A stretch of DNA of 64,000 nt from Azolla caroliniana (taxonomy: Eukaryota > Plantae > Polypodiophyta). Position 1 is the first letter of the stretch. Each line of letters starts with the position of its first letter. Below the pieces are notes generated by a model. It ran no database searches, was not told the origin of the DNA, and saw nothing but the letters and a program-made list of their open reading frames with translations. The position numbers and the translations under genes were made by a program. Shown piece after piece: positions 1 through 14,500 of the stretch. Location: contig JBHGNT010000018.1 in the NCBI GenBank assembly GCA_043228905.1, forward strand, positions 10,602,001 to 10,666,000, read 5' to 3'.

Positions 1-1865
1 TGAGAAAGGTTGCATTTAAAGATAGTACGCCTTTTGTTGATGTAAAACAGAAAAATCTTATTGATGTAGATGCTTCTACATGTGGGCAGTCACAAAAACC
101 TGTTATTGGTCAGGATGAAGATGCCCAAAATGATGATGCTCAACACAATGATGTGCAAGATGATGTTTATGCTCATAATGATGATGCTCAGAATGATGTT
201 TCTCATGCACAACCTGATAGTATTCAGGTTCAGGAATCATTGAGGAGATCTACGCGTGTCTCCAAGGCACCTAGTAAGTTTGTTGATTATGTAATGCTAA
301 CAGATGCCGGTGAGCCTTCATGTTACAATGAAGCCATATCTGTTCATGACCATACTAAATGGAAACAAGTCATGCAAAATGAATTGGACAACATTTATAA
401 AAATGGTACTTGGGATTTAGTACCTTTGCCAAAGGACAGGAAAGCATTGCCATGCAAATGGGTATACAAGTATAAGTATACATCTGATAGTGCTTCCCCA
501 AAGTATAAAGCACACTTGGTTGCCAAAGGTTTCAAACAAGAATATGGAATTGATTTTGATGAAACCTTTTCTCCTGTAGTTAAGATGACTACATTACGTA
601 TGTTGCTTTCATTGGCTGCAAATTAGAATTTGGAACTTGTCCAAATGGATGTGAAGACTGCCTTCTTGCATGGGGACCTTGATGAGGTTATTTATATGGA
701 ACAACCAGAAGGTCATGAAGTATCGGGAAAAGAACATTTGGTATGTAAACTCAAGAAGAGTTTGTATGGGCTTAAGCAGTCCCCGAGGTTATGGTACTAG
801 AAATTTGATGCTTTTATGAAGGCTCAAGGATATATTAGAAGCAATGAGGATGCATGTCTTTATACAAAAAACTGTTCAGATGGGAGTTTTATCACTTTGA
901 TGTTATATGTTGATGACATGCTTATTGTTGGTAAAAACAAGGATGAGTTATCCTCGTTAAAGAAAAACTTGGGCCAGAACTTTGACATGAAGGATCTGGG
1001 AGATGCAAAACATATTCTTGGTATTCGTATCACTCGTGATAGGAGTAAGCGATGCATTTACTTGTCTCAAGCTGAGTACATATCGAAAGTGCTAAAGAGG
1101 TTTAATATGGAGAATGCAAAGCCGTTGAGCACTCCTTTGCCTACATATGTAAAATTGAGCACATGTGATTGCCCCACATCTGATGAAGACAAGAAATTTA
1201 TGTCCAAGGTTCCTTATCAATCCGCAGTCGGGAGTCTTATGTACGCTATGATAGTGACCAGGCCAGACATTGCTTTCACAGTGGCAGTTGTGAGCAAATT
1301 TATGTCAAATCCTGGTAATAAACATTGGGAGGCAGTTAAACTGATATTAAGATATTTGTGTGGCACTAAGAATAGGTGTCTATGTTTAGGTGGTGGAAAT
1401 GTATCCATCATTGGATATACAGACTCCGATTATGCTGGCTGTTCTGACAGCAGAAAATCCACTTCAGGATACATTTTTTAGTTTATGGGAGGTGCGATAT
1501 CTTGGAGATCTCGTCTCCAAAAATGTACTGCTCTGTCCACTATAGAAGCAAAGTATGTTGTAGCTAGCGAAGCATGTAAGGAAGCCGTATGGCTGTCTAG
1601 ATTAGCTTGTGACATGGGCATATCTAAGCTTGTACCCATACTATTTTGTGATAGTCAGAGTGCCATTGCATTGGCTAAAAACCCAGTATACCATGCAAAG
1701 ACCAAGCACATTGGAGTGAGATATCACTTCATTTGAGAATGCATAGCTGCTGGCTACATCAGTCTTGAGAAAGTTGTTTCTCAAGAAAATGCCGCAGATG
1801 CATTGACCAAAGCTCTACTACATGAAGCACTAGAGCATTGCTGCCACTTGATGGGGATTACTTAG
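1..1865 (+). mobile_element. Ty1/copia pol (end of integrase, RT, RNase H), disrupted by stops; 5' part lies outside the window
   Basis: [64 protein letters not shown] motifs; in-frame stops near 624, 798, 1479 and 1734. Confidence 0.95.
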
Positions 1866-1988
1866 GTCATGAGGTTACACATTGTTTCTTGTATATGGTG
1901 TAACATACTCATCAAGTAGGATGTGTAGGTCATGTTCAATCTTCCCATCAGCTTTGCTGATCCCTTGTTTGGCCTTTTAGTGGGAGAT

Positions 1989-2235
1989 TGATAGTGAGAA
2001 AAGGCCAAAAACATAATTTCTTACTATTAAGCATAGGTATAAAAGCAATAGAAACGAGGGTTTCTTTGTGCCCCAAAAAGTTGTTTCTGTATTTTTCCTC
2101 TGTCTGTGTGCTGTTCGACATTTTCTCTGCAGGTAAGGCAAAACAGCAACTCGTCCGCCTCCATCGTTCTTCTCCAACAGGTGGTGTGTACACGGAGTTA
2201 TAGTTGTCCATAAAAGTGAAGCCATAGAGAGATCA
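1989..2235 (+). repeat. 3' LTR of the upstream copia element
   Basis: Follows the purine tract AGTGGGAGAT; bounded by the TGAT...ATCA inverted termini. Confidence 0.65.
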
Positions 2236-2383
2236 ATTGAGTTGATTTTGGGATTTTCGAAAACCCCAAGAAGTGTGAGAGGAGAGGGGGAGGGGTAGGT
2301 TTGGGAATATCTGGAAATTCGAAGCCCAGGATAAAGAAATAATTAGAATTCGTTCGCTATGTATATAAACGAATACAGATACT

Positions 2384-2386
<3 letters not shown>

Positions 2387-2426
<40 letters not shown>
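2387..2426 (+). repeat. (GA)n microsatellite in the CRBN 5' UTR, abutting the ATG
   Basis: About 20 GA units running directly into ATG 2426. Confidence 0.9.
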
Positions 2427-2430
<4 letters not shown>

Positions 2431-2553
2431 TGCATCAGAGCGGTTGCTGATGCAGCGTATACTTGAGCTCGAGGCAGAGCAACTGGAGGTCGAGGAGGTG
2501 GACTCTGATAATCCACCATCTTCTTTTGAAGAAGACGATGACGATTCATTCAG
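2426..2553 (+). CDS. CRBN: CRBN exon 1
   Basis: MDASERLLMQRILELEAEQLEVEEVDSD... resembles plant cereblon N-termini; donor AG|GTATT. Confidence 0.85.
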
Positions 2554-5500
2554 GTATTGTTCCTTACATTCATCCCCCTCACAAAACACTTTTTGAACAA
2601 ATTACAATAGAACAGAGTCCAAATAATCGGATCAGGAAAGAAAAAAATGACCGTTGTTTTGCCCTCCAGTTTACAGTATATTTCCATTCAAATTAATATT
2701 CTAAATATATGTAGATTATTTAGCTGTGAACTTTGATGGGTCACTCCTACATTTCTTTGATAATTGCATGTTGCATAAAACACAGTTTTGTACATATTTT
2801 TTTGCTGTGCTTGATGCATGTAGTTGTTCATTTTATATATGTAGATTCAGAAGTATGTACTAATTATATGTGTAGTTCATTTTATGGTATTTTATATGAA
2901 TAGTGTCAGTTTTTCATGTAGAATTAACTATAGCCCTAACATAATGTTTCATGCATGGTTTATGTAAAGTGGTAAAGAAAAAGTGGATGATGGCCAATAA
3001 CTGTTGCGAGAATACCACAATGACATGTTAGTCAAAAGTGTGGAATTCTCATCTTTAGTATTACTTGTCTTTACCCATAATTAGGTATATCCTTGAGGTC
3101 TATACACATCATTTAAGTATTTGTAAATGCTCTTCCCCATGCCATGTCTTGGGAACAAATGGTTTACTATGTGGAAATGGATAGATCAATGGACTGTGTG
3201 TAGAAAAAGAGATTGAATTCTTATAGACTACATTAAACTAGAATAGGAGAAATTCGGACTCCTACAGGTACCAAATTTTAATAAAAGAGAGTCTTGCTGT
3301 GGAAACTCAATAGTAGGCTGAAAGGTAGTCTTACAATGCATGATATGGAACAGGAGAAAAAGTCATGAATGGTTGACTTTACAGAGATTAATACTTTTAA
3401 GAACCTGTAGCTATGTTTTTGTCATGAATCCATTGTTTCTGTCTTATTATGGGAAGTGGCTTGGAAGGATTTGTACATTTGAGAAAACTGTTATGAACGC
3501 TAGTAAGGTGCCAAAGAGGCTAGTAACAGCAGAAAAAATAAACTAAGCAAGACCTATATTTCTTAGTGCAGCACAATGCCTTTAGATACCCGAATCAGAG
3601 TGAGGTTTGGAACAGATGCATGTATGCAAGGGAATAAAATATGCCTAGGAGCATAATGAGTTAAAGTAGTGGAGGGAAAAAGAAAATAATATACTGATTA
3701 TTGTAATGATGTAGTGGCAGGTCAAATGAAACAAATGTTAGAATAAAGTGAATAAAGATATCCATGCAAATCTATGGATGACTGGTCTGTCAATTGTGCC
3801 ATTGGAGAAAGAAAATTTTCCAAAGTAATGGAATACAAAGATTAATGATGCTTGGGTTCTAGCCATAAATCAAGAGATACGTAGAGAAGTTGAAGGAAAA
3901 CAATAAACTACAAACCTCATCAATGAAGAACCATCACCACTTCTTTAGCTCCATCACGCCTAAGAATACAAGTCAATCAATGGTTACACAAATAGGGTCC
4001 CGACCATAGCATTCGAAAGGTTTTACAATAGAGTTGGAAATAGCAATTTATCATGCATGTATGCTATGTCCATCTCAACGAATCAAGGTCATTACCACTC
4101 GACACCAAAGGTCCATCCCTCACTTTGGCGATCTTTTCTATCTTGAATCAGCAACTCATGTTACTGGCGTGACTATACTTTATCCTGGTGTTACGGGCAT
4201 GCTACGGTACAACTTACCACGGGATGAATTATGGTCATGCCCGTAACAGCTCATCTAAAGTGATGATCTAGTATCTTAAGTGAGTTCTTTTAGTTTTGTT
4301 ACATTTATTTTGGATTCGTTCTTCTCAAAAATGAGATGGAGTTTAAGTTATAAGCTCTGATTCGGTCTAGTAGGCTATTTTGGCCTCTTAAAACGTGCAA
4401 TTTGTCATGCACGTAGGCCCCGGCTTCATGGACCACGATCTCACCGTCCTTGTCATCGAGAGGTAAAGGTCATTTTGGCCTCTTAAAAGATGTTAATATA
4501 CCTCGCAGATGAGGTATCACTTTATATATAGAGATTCGGGGGTTTGGGATCACGCCTAGTGGGTATAGCTATACAAATATTACTATATGCTGATGATATT
4601 GTGCTGATTTCTGACTCTCTAGAGACACTACAAAGATATCTAAACGCCCTAAAACTATTTTGTATGGACAAAGGTTTGTTGATAAACATGGATAAAACTA
4701 AACTGATGATGTTTAACACCACTCAAGAATGGGTGACAAGATCAGAACAAGAGTTCTTCTTGGGAGAGGAAAAGGTGGAATACACATGTTCCTACACATA
4801 CCTAGGAGTAACATTTTTAAGGCCTAGGTTCTCCTTACGAGAGGTTGCTTGTGCCTAACATTCTCGTGGATATGCAGCCCTTGGTGCTTTCGAAAGATTA
4901 TGTGCTCATTTGCAGTTCCAAGAGCCAAAAACTAAACTATGGCTATTTGATACACTTGTCATACCTACTCTTCTCTATGGAGTAGAAACATGGGGACCAA
5001 GTCTTAACAAGGTAAATTATTGGAAAGATTAAGAGAGACCCTTAGTGTCAATGATTGCCCGCATGATAAGGAGCAAAGCATCAATGCTCCATTATATAAT
5101 TCAGGCAACAATTGGAGCGGCCCTTATAATCACTGAGGCATCATTCCGATATGTGAATTGTATGCAATGTCTTTGGGAGCTCCCTAAAGAAAGGTACTCA
5201 AGGTTGGCACTTATGTCATCAAGAAAACTGGCTGAACATGGAGATATTCATTGTTGGTATGTTGAAATGCAACAATGGTTTGTGTCACATGGCATAGTCA
5301 TAAGTGCAATACCCTTTCTCCAATATAGCTTGGACTGTTTGCATCTTGACATAACCAAAATGGAAAAGAATAGAGTGATTCATACTGATATTATTAACTT
5401 AGAAAACAAGATAACATGGATCAGCCCTAAAATATCAGTTGCTATGAAGATGGCCCACTACAAGACACTTTTTACACACATCGGAGGATTGGTTCATCAT

Positions 5501-8500
5501 CTGGCCATCTTACATGGACATACATCTGTCCTATGCGCTGCACAGTGTGAGAGGGCAGCTGCGAACTTCATCACATCAGTTAGAGATTGAGGTAAGCAGA
5601 TATACAGAAATACCTCTAGAAGAAAAAATTTGCGAATTGTGCCATCAAGGAGTGGAATAACATAGGGGTTACAATAGATCGGGCAATAGCAATTTGTCGT
5701 GCACGTAGGCCGTGGCAACAACAATTCGGACCATGACTTTGATGTGCATATTTTGACAAGATCAAAGCCATCATCACATGGCATCAATATGCCCTTCTCA
5801 TCCCACCTATCACCATAATGTGTTATGTTTGTTATTGTTGACATGATTTAATAATTAGTTTATTGTTGTTTCTATTTCTATAATGTTTTATTTTTACTTG
5901 CTCATCAAAAACTCTTGAAATTTGGCATAATCACATTGCATGGCCAGAGGGCAAGTGGTCCATAGATTGGAGGAGCCACTAGAAGCAGGCCTTAGGATTG
6001 GCATGTGTGAGGAGATGTGTGCTAGCTTGGATCATTCACACTTCCAACATGGCCAAAGTGGAAAAGAATAGAGTTGTCAAAATTGATATCATTAACTTGA
6101 ATAATGAAGGAACATGGGTTAGCTCCACAACATTTAGTGACAAGAAGATGATCCACTATAAGCCAAATGTGCTTACAAATCTGTGGAAGGATGCATTTGC
6201 TGATTGATTCATGAGGTGGTGGAGTCTAGGAACAATTTTTGCCATTGTGATGTTTTTTATAAATAAGAGGGAGATATTACTACCTTTTTAGAGCTGTCTT
6301 TGTTTCACTATGCAAGGTAATGGAATACGAAGACCAATGATGATAAAATTGTTCTTGGTAGATGTCAAGGGACAGAGAAAGAATTTGTTCAAGGATGTAT
6401 TTGCTGATCAATTCATCAGATGGTGGCATCTTAGGAACACAATGCTTGTCATTGTGTTGTTTATTATAAATAAGAGGGATATACTATTACCTCTTTAGAT
6501 CAGTCTTTGTTACATTTATGGAAGGTAATGGAATACGAAGACCAATGGTGATTAGGATTGTTCTTAATAGAACTCTAAGTTGGTCAAGGATAACAATGCC
6601 ACAACAATTGATCAACAAAGAGCCATCACAACTTTCTTTAGCTCCATCAACCTCTTTCTATGAGTCAATCACAATCTACATATGAACCATAACCATGGAG
6701 GGGCTTATGGTTGTAATAGCAATTTGTCGTGCACATATGCCGCATCGATTTGAACCATGATCCCATCCCCTTGTCATCAAAAGATGAGGCCTTTCTCGCC
6801 TGATACTGTAGGGGCTTCCCTCGCTTTGGAGATCTCTCCATCTTGTTTCTTTGTAAGGCAGAAGTTTAAGCCCACCTACAAAAGAATTAAAATGCTTAGC
6901 TAAGGAGATTCTTTGTTACCTCAGGCAATTTCACTAATTTAATTATAATTATTTTTGTTTAATGTTCTCAAAGATGAGACAAAATTTCAATATGGAATCT
7001 CTTGTTCAATTTCATGGCCCACTACGCAAGGTAATGGAAAACGAGGACCAATGGTATCCAAGACGTTTCTTGATAGAACTCAAGTGAAACAGGGAAAAGT
7101 TGTTGAAGGACAACAGTACGGCCACATGAGGTCATCAACAAAGAACAATCACAACTTTATTTAGCCCCTTCAATCCTACTATGCTACAAGTCAATTAATG
7201 GGTACACAAATTGGTCCCAACCAGAACATAATAAAGGGGTTACAATAGATTGGGTAATTGCAATTTGTCGTACATGTAGGGTGCTTGGGAATTTTCTTGC
7301 TAGAACGCAAGAGACATAGGAAAATGTTGGTGAAGAACATCAGTACAGCAACACAAGCTCATCAACTAATAACAATCACAATGTTTTTTAGCCCCAACAC
7401 TAGTGCTCATGGACATGTGAATCAAGGGCTACACAAATGGGCTCCCAACCAGGATATAACAAAGGGGTTACATTAGATTGGGCAATAGCAATTTGTTGTG
7501 CACCTAGGCCCAGCCCAGTGGACCACAATCTCACCGTGTTTGTGATCGATAGATAAAGGCCATTATCTCCTGCCATCACAAAGGCTTCCCTCTCTTTGGA
7601 GAGCTCTCCATTTTGGGTTGACCTATGCTAGAGATCTTTCAAAGACAAATTACAATATATTTGACTTGAGAATCTTACATGTACCGATAACAAGATTCTT
7701 TAGTCTCTTTTTAGATTATTTACTTTTTATTTTTTACTTAGTAACATATATTTATTTTGATTTGTTGTTCTCAAAGACGAGACAACACTTAATAGATGTA
7801 ATCTCTTATTTGGTCTTATAGGCCATTTTGGCCTCTTAAAAGACGTTAATACATCTTTCTTTCTTTGTTCTAAAGTTTTAGCAAATGACATCTGGGTTAA
7901 TAACAAGAACTCAAGGAGAAATAATAAAGAACTTAAGGACATTTGGGGCTTTTCTCTAGAAATGTAATGTTAGCCAATATGGATATTTTTCTTGTAGTAT
8001 GTGATTGTGGGACACATTCATATCTAAATGAAAAAATGTTTTAATTTGTGCATGTGTATATAGTGCTTCATTTTTGTTTGTAGCAGTTTTGAAGGTCGTG
8101 GAGATGGAGGAGCAGGGCGCCATGGTGGTTTTACATTTGATACGTCACTAGCATCTATGCATTCATACTTGGGTGGTTGGTATCTATTCTTACCTCAAAA
8201 ACTGCTAGAAATCTTTTGGTAATCCTAGTTCTTGTAATCAGCGCAGAAGTAGACAACGTTGTTTGTAGAAGATCATTTCTGGATGGAGGGCGCATTTTAA
8301 CTCTCCCAATGTTCTATTTGGAGGGTGAGTTGTATGATTGTTGTTCGGTTGTGCATGTCCAATTGAACATATTTTTCTAAGTTCTTTATTCTTCTTGTTT
8401 TGAAGGTATTGTCCTTTTTCCTGAAGAAACATTGCCATTGCGTGTAATACAACCTCGGTTCAAAGCTGCTGTAGAGCTAGCCATGAAGCAAGAGAATGCT

Positions 8501-11500
8501 CCATGCACTATTGGTGTGGTATGGACTTCAGCAGTGCATCTTTTCATGTTTTGTGGCTTGTAAGAAGTAATATCGAAACATTGAGCCTAAAAAGCTTTTT
8601 GAAAATTTTATTTGGTTTTAAGCAGTGTTGTAGTGTTGTTTGAACACTCGTGATAACTTTACAAGATCAACTTTTGAGGATATTTCTCATTGGCAAAACC
8701 TATAAACCAAGTTATTTATTTATTGGGGTTTGAGCCTAGGTAACAGGATTTGAGATCTTGAAAGATAAATCAGGTAAAAGTATCCCAAGGACAATTGAAA
8801 CCTTTTTATGTGGTTTCTTGGAGTTGAGACCTCATGCATTTTGCAAAGATAAATCTAATCCTCTTGAAACTTGATTGTCTCCATACGGCTTGAGGGAGCA
8901 ACAAACGACAATATAACGTGACACAATATTATGATTTACATGATGTCCTTGAAAGAGCACTGAGGACATATTTTTTTGAACAGAATCTACGATTTCAAGA
9001 AAGTACACAATGGTCCTTGGCAGTATGTCATAGTAATATGGATGGAGGTGTCATCCAAGAATAAGAGATTCTATAAGAATCTTCCTCTCAGTTCCATCCA
9101 AAAGAATAGGAAATGTGTCATTTTCTAGTGTACAGCAAGAAGGATGAGGTTCTAGCTCCGTAAAAAATGAAATTACTGGAATACTATCATTTGATTGAGT
9201 AAGTGTCAAACTTATGAAGGCTTACTTTTTTTCATCCTAACACATGTGAATGCCACACAAGACGTAAGAATATGTTACTCCTGAATACTTCCTCATTAGG
9301 CTGAGACATATGAAATAAGAGGTGAGGTACAGCAAAAAGTGAATGCTTTTGAAATCCCTGTGTTGTTTAGCAACATGTGATTCTGAATAAAAAATGTAAG
9401 CAATGAATGAAAATGAATTCTCTAAGTTCGAGTACCCATGAGATAATTCAGACATGAACTGGTCTCATTCAGTATTCTGGTTCGTAATCTATTGTACCTG
9501 TCATAATGATCATAGTATACCTGATATCTCATACTTGGTTCATATATACAAGATACAAGAATTCTTGTTGTATGTCTCATTTGTTGCACCCCTAAGTCCC
9601 TGGGATCTGTATTGTTCAACTAGCATACAATTTGTCTTAAACGAGAACTACATGATAAGGTTTTTAATTTTCGAGGAGTTCAGGTAAAACTTATCTATGA
9701 ATGAGGTGATGACATTTTGTGACTTTTTCCTACTATTTTGGCTTGGGTGTCCAGTTTATGAAAATATGAAATGTTCTGCACCAATCTGAATCCCTACTAA
9801 TTAATTTGTGCAGATACATGTTCGTACAAGGCGACAAGGTGATGGTCTTCATTTTGCATCAGTTGGTACTACTGCTGAGGTATTTTTTATAAGCTTCAGT
9901 TGGTACTACTGCATGTACTTGGTTTGGTATGCTTGTCAAATCAGAGATGATATTGTATGGCATACTGAATATGCATTTACTTTTATTTGGGAAGAATTTA
10001 AATTTGTCATACTCTGAGGGCATTTCTGATGCTTTTTGTCTAAGCATTTGGGTATAGAGGATATTGTGTTCAGTGCAGGTCTTTGGTTCCTTTCTAAGAT
10101 TGAAACTGATAACATTCGTTTAATATTAGATACGGCGGGTTCGACGTTTAGAGGATGGTTCAATCAATGTAGTCACTTGGGGGCAGCAAAGATTTCGGAT
10201 TAAGCGTGCATGGACAGATGCTGATGGAGTTGTAAGGATATAAACCATCAATTTATCATGTATTACCTTGATCTCTTTCTTTCTTACTAACTTTCTCAGT
10301 ATTTTTCAGCCATGTGCTGAAGTACAGATTATTCCCGAGGCTAAACCATCACGTATTCCAAGAGACGCGTTTGGAATATTGGCCTCTGTTCCGAATTACG
10401 AGAGCGGGAAAGTTCTCAAGACACATCAGAAAGCATTCGAAAGTCAGAAAGCAGAATGTGAAAGTGACATAGGGGAGACTGATGAGGAGAGTTTTGAAAA
10501 CGAGGAAATGGATGATGAGTCAGCAAGTGAAGAAGATGAAATTGGACTTCAAAGGGGAAGGGATAAGGGAATTGAGGGCCATCGAGTTTCCCAAGGCGGC
10601 TCAATAAATTTGAGCCTCCCAACAAGACATACGGGTCACACAGGTTGGGGTGGTGCTTGCAAAGCTTGGGCTTCTGATGAATCAAAATGCCTTTTTCATA
10701 TTCAGAGGACTGCATGGCCTCACTGGGTTTATCGGATGTACGATGCCTATGCTCTTGCTCGCCGAGCTGCAGGTGAAAATTACTGCTGGAGATATTTTAC
10801 TCATTCTGTGAGCTTGGCCATGTGAACGTTTCTCCTACCTAGTTTTTGGTGAGCTGCTTTGTGTAAATGGTTCTTTTTTGAGGGAATGGTTTAGTAGTGA
10901 GCTTGGCCATATGGGCTTTTTCTCTTACCTACTTTTTTAGTGAAAGATTGTTTATGTAAATGGCTCATTTATTGAGGGATTGGTCTGTGTTAACGTAGGA
11001 TATGAGTTAAATTAAAATTCAACCTATATTCGACTTGCTTTGGAGAATAATTGTGCTAGCAAAGACCCAATTTGTATTTGTAAAAAGCTCAGAAATATCC
11101 CCGAGTTTTCATAAACTCTCATTTTCTCTTCAAATTCTTGTTGTCAACCCCAAAAGAGCAATTCTATTTGCTTTTTGAGCAATAATATGGTAACTTCGTC
11201 CTCTTTTTCCCTCTTTCTGAAGTTGATTAATGGCCTTTGGAAGAAATAACAAAAACTGTGGGCAGTAAAGGAAAAACTAATTGAAAATTTTTAGGAATAT
11301 TTTGCAGTTTTTCCCCTGGTTTGTATTGTCTATTTTTCGCATTGATTGAAAAATGTCTAGCCAACATTTCCCCCTTGTCAAAGCTGTTAATAGTAGTGCA
11401 CAACATTCCTTGTCTTACCAGAAGTTGTGGATATTGCAGATATGTGGAGACAGATGGTCGAGTTCCCTAATCTATTTGAGATGGTCAAGACACCAGAAAT

Positions 11501-14500
11501 TCTATCATATTATATTGCTAGTAAAATACCCGTTCAAGATGAGACTCGACAAGAGCTTTTAGAAATAGATGGAGTGGTCTATCGACTACAGAAATTAATT
11601 CAATTGCTTGAATCGCTTGATCGTATCAGGTGTAAAAATTGCATGGTACGTTCTCTTTACGAAGTGCTTCTATATTAAATAATTTACATGGAAAACACTT
11701 TCTATTTCAATTATGAAACCATTGATCAATTTAATATAGAAATGCCATGAAAAATACCTATAGAATTAACATTGGATGGTACATTCTCTTTACTAAGTGT
11801 TTAAATCTTAAATAACTCACTTGACAACCACTTTCTCTTTGAATTGGGATACGATTAATCAATTTAATGTTGAAATGGCATGGAAAATGTATTAGAATTC
11901 TAGTTCTTGCTGTGAACTTTGACATCCAGGCATTTTGGTCGCATTATAAATCATTAATCTACAAAACTGTTGTCCTGGTTGACTACACAAAGGGTCGGAC
12001 GACTTACTGATCGAGTCACTCTATCAACGTGATTGTGGTTAGAGATTGGATTCATTCGCTGAATGCTTAAACACAGTTAACATAAACATACTCCTCAAAT
12101 TACCATACTCAATTACTATGAATATAAGAAAAACACTATTATGATAGACTGTTAGCTGTATAAATTATGATTTAGAGAATCTGAAATAGTAATCCACGAC
12201 ACCGAATATACTCTAACTAACCAAAATTACATTAACTTATAGCAATATAGATCGATCATGTTACAATGCTCTCGTCCCTACTTATAGGTGGCTTGAGAGA
12301 CTGTCCTTTCATGTTAGTCTCTATGATGACTACTACGACTACTGCTTGTTGACCTATATACTTTGGCTAGCCGACCGGCTAACACATGGCACACCCTGTT
12401 ACACTTGATGTGTATTTTATGAAAGCTTTAGTGTGAACATTGTTATAATAGTGTGAACCTAGTTAAGTAACTGCTAGGTGTGAACATACTTAGAATAGTA
12501 TGAACCTAGTTAAGTAGCTGTTAGGTGTAAATATAGCTATAATATTGTGAACCTAATAAAGTGACTGTTGGATTTCCACCTACTTGTAGATTTTGGTTAT
12601 ATAAACCATTCTACATCTTTGTAATCAGTGCTTGTTTTCCCTAATCGAGTGATATTTCCATAAGTCTTCTAAGTGATCTTGCTGTGTGAGAGTTAGTCTA
12701 AGATCCCTGCATTTTCTCCATATGGTATCAGAGCAAGTTTAGGTTGCTTTCTCTATCCCATCCTTCCAAATAGGCATACATAGATCTTTCTGTTTATCTC
12801 TTCCCACCTAAGAAGACATCAAACCTCTCCATCTACAACAACGAAAGTTCGAACAACAGAAAACTGCAACAGAGTTGATCTTTCCCTATTTTCACATTTT
12901 CAAAAAGTAGTAGTCTCAAACCCTAAGTGCACAGCAACTGCAGTCAAAACAAGTTTTGGAGGTACAGTCAAAACAAGTTTTGTAGCAGTCTCAAACCCTA
13001 AGTGCACAGCAACTGCAGCAACCAGTTTTTACCACAACAAAATAAGTTTTCAGCACAACAGAGTAACTTTTATCTCTCATCTATTTCTTCAATATTATAT
13101 TGCTTTAGTACATTTTGGTGAATATAACCAAGTATTGCAATATCTCATCCATATTTCTTGCTTCTGCAATGGCTGAGCAAACTAATATTTTTGGTATGCT
13201 TAATGCTGAAGACAAGTTGGATGGTACTAACTATCCTATGTGGGCGTACATGATGGGACATGTACTAGTAGCAAAGTAGCTATGGGACATTGGCATCGGA
13301 TCCGATGAACGTCCGACGTCAAGTTCTTCTCCAAACTCTCCCTCCCCTGCAGGAACAACTGACGCAAACAATGCTTCAAGCTCCACTCAACAATACACTT
13401 CTTCACAACTTAAGTGGGATGGTAAGGACGCTCAAGCCCATGCTCTCATCGCATTATCGGTGAAACGCCACATTGTTCCACATATCCGATCTTGCATGAC
13501 CTTAAAAAGTGCATGGGATGTGTTAAAGAACTTGTATGCTCAAAGGAATGAAGCAAGAGTCGCTATGCTTAAGCGACAACTTGAAGAAACAAGGATGCAA
13601 GAAGGTGAATCCATTGACGCATTCTTAACAAAAATCAAGGACTTCAAGGAACAACTACTCAACATTGATGAAGTGATTTCAAACAAGCAGCTAGTTTCTA
13701 AAGTTCTTGCCGTGCTTCCAGATTCATATCAAGGATTCACCACAACAATAAGGCTTCTTACAAGAGGTAAAGAGAGGTTTAGCTTTGATGAGCTAATCTC
13801 CCTTCTCTTACAAGAATCTCAATCTCGAGCAAATCAGGATGTTCTTAATATTGGTGATCAAGCTTTTGTTACCTCTTCCAAGTTCAAAGGCCAACAAGGA
13901 CGAAAACAGAATAACCTTCCTTCTAAAAGCAATGATGCCTAGACTTTCCATGATGAGAAGAAGAAGATAAGGTGCAATTATTGTCGTAAACTAGGCCATG
14001 ACATTAGCAAATGTCAAAAAAGGAAAGCTAGTGAAGAGAAGAAAAAACAATCTGGTCTTAATGTTACCACCTCTATTGGTACGAAGGTAGAAGCACACAT
14101 TGCTCAACATGAGTGGGCATTCTCGATACATACAATGTATGATCCCTCAAAGGATGACGTATGTTTATCGGTAAGTGACTCTACGGATGCTTGATATTTT
14201 GATAATGGTGCTTCTAAACACATAACTTCTTGCAAAAATTTCTTTGTCACACTTGAAGATGCTTGTCATAAGGCGGCCACTGTTACTTGTGCCAATAATG
14301 CTTCTTACATCATAAAAGGCATTCGTCAAGTTCATATTACAACTGTCAATGTCGATGTAGTCACCTTGAACAATGTTCTCTGTCCCTGGCATAAAGAAAA
14401 ACCTCCTTTCTGTTTCTGCCATTGCTATGCATGGATACCCTGTCCATTTTCTCTATGACAAATGTACAGTACATGATCGTACAAAGGGCGATATCATTGT

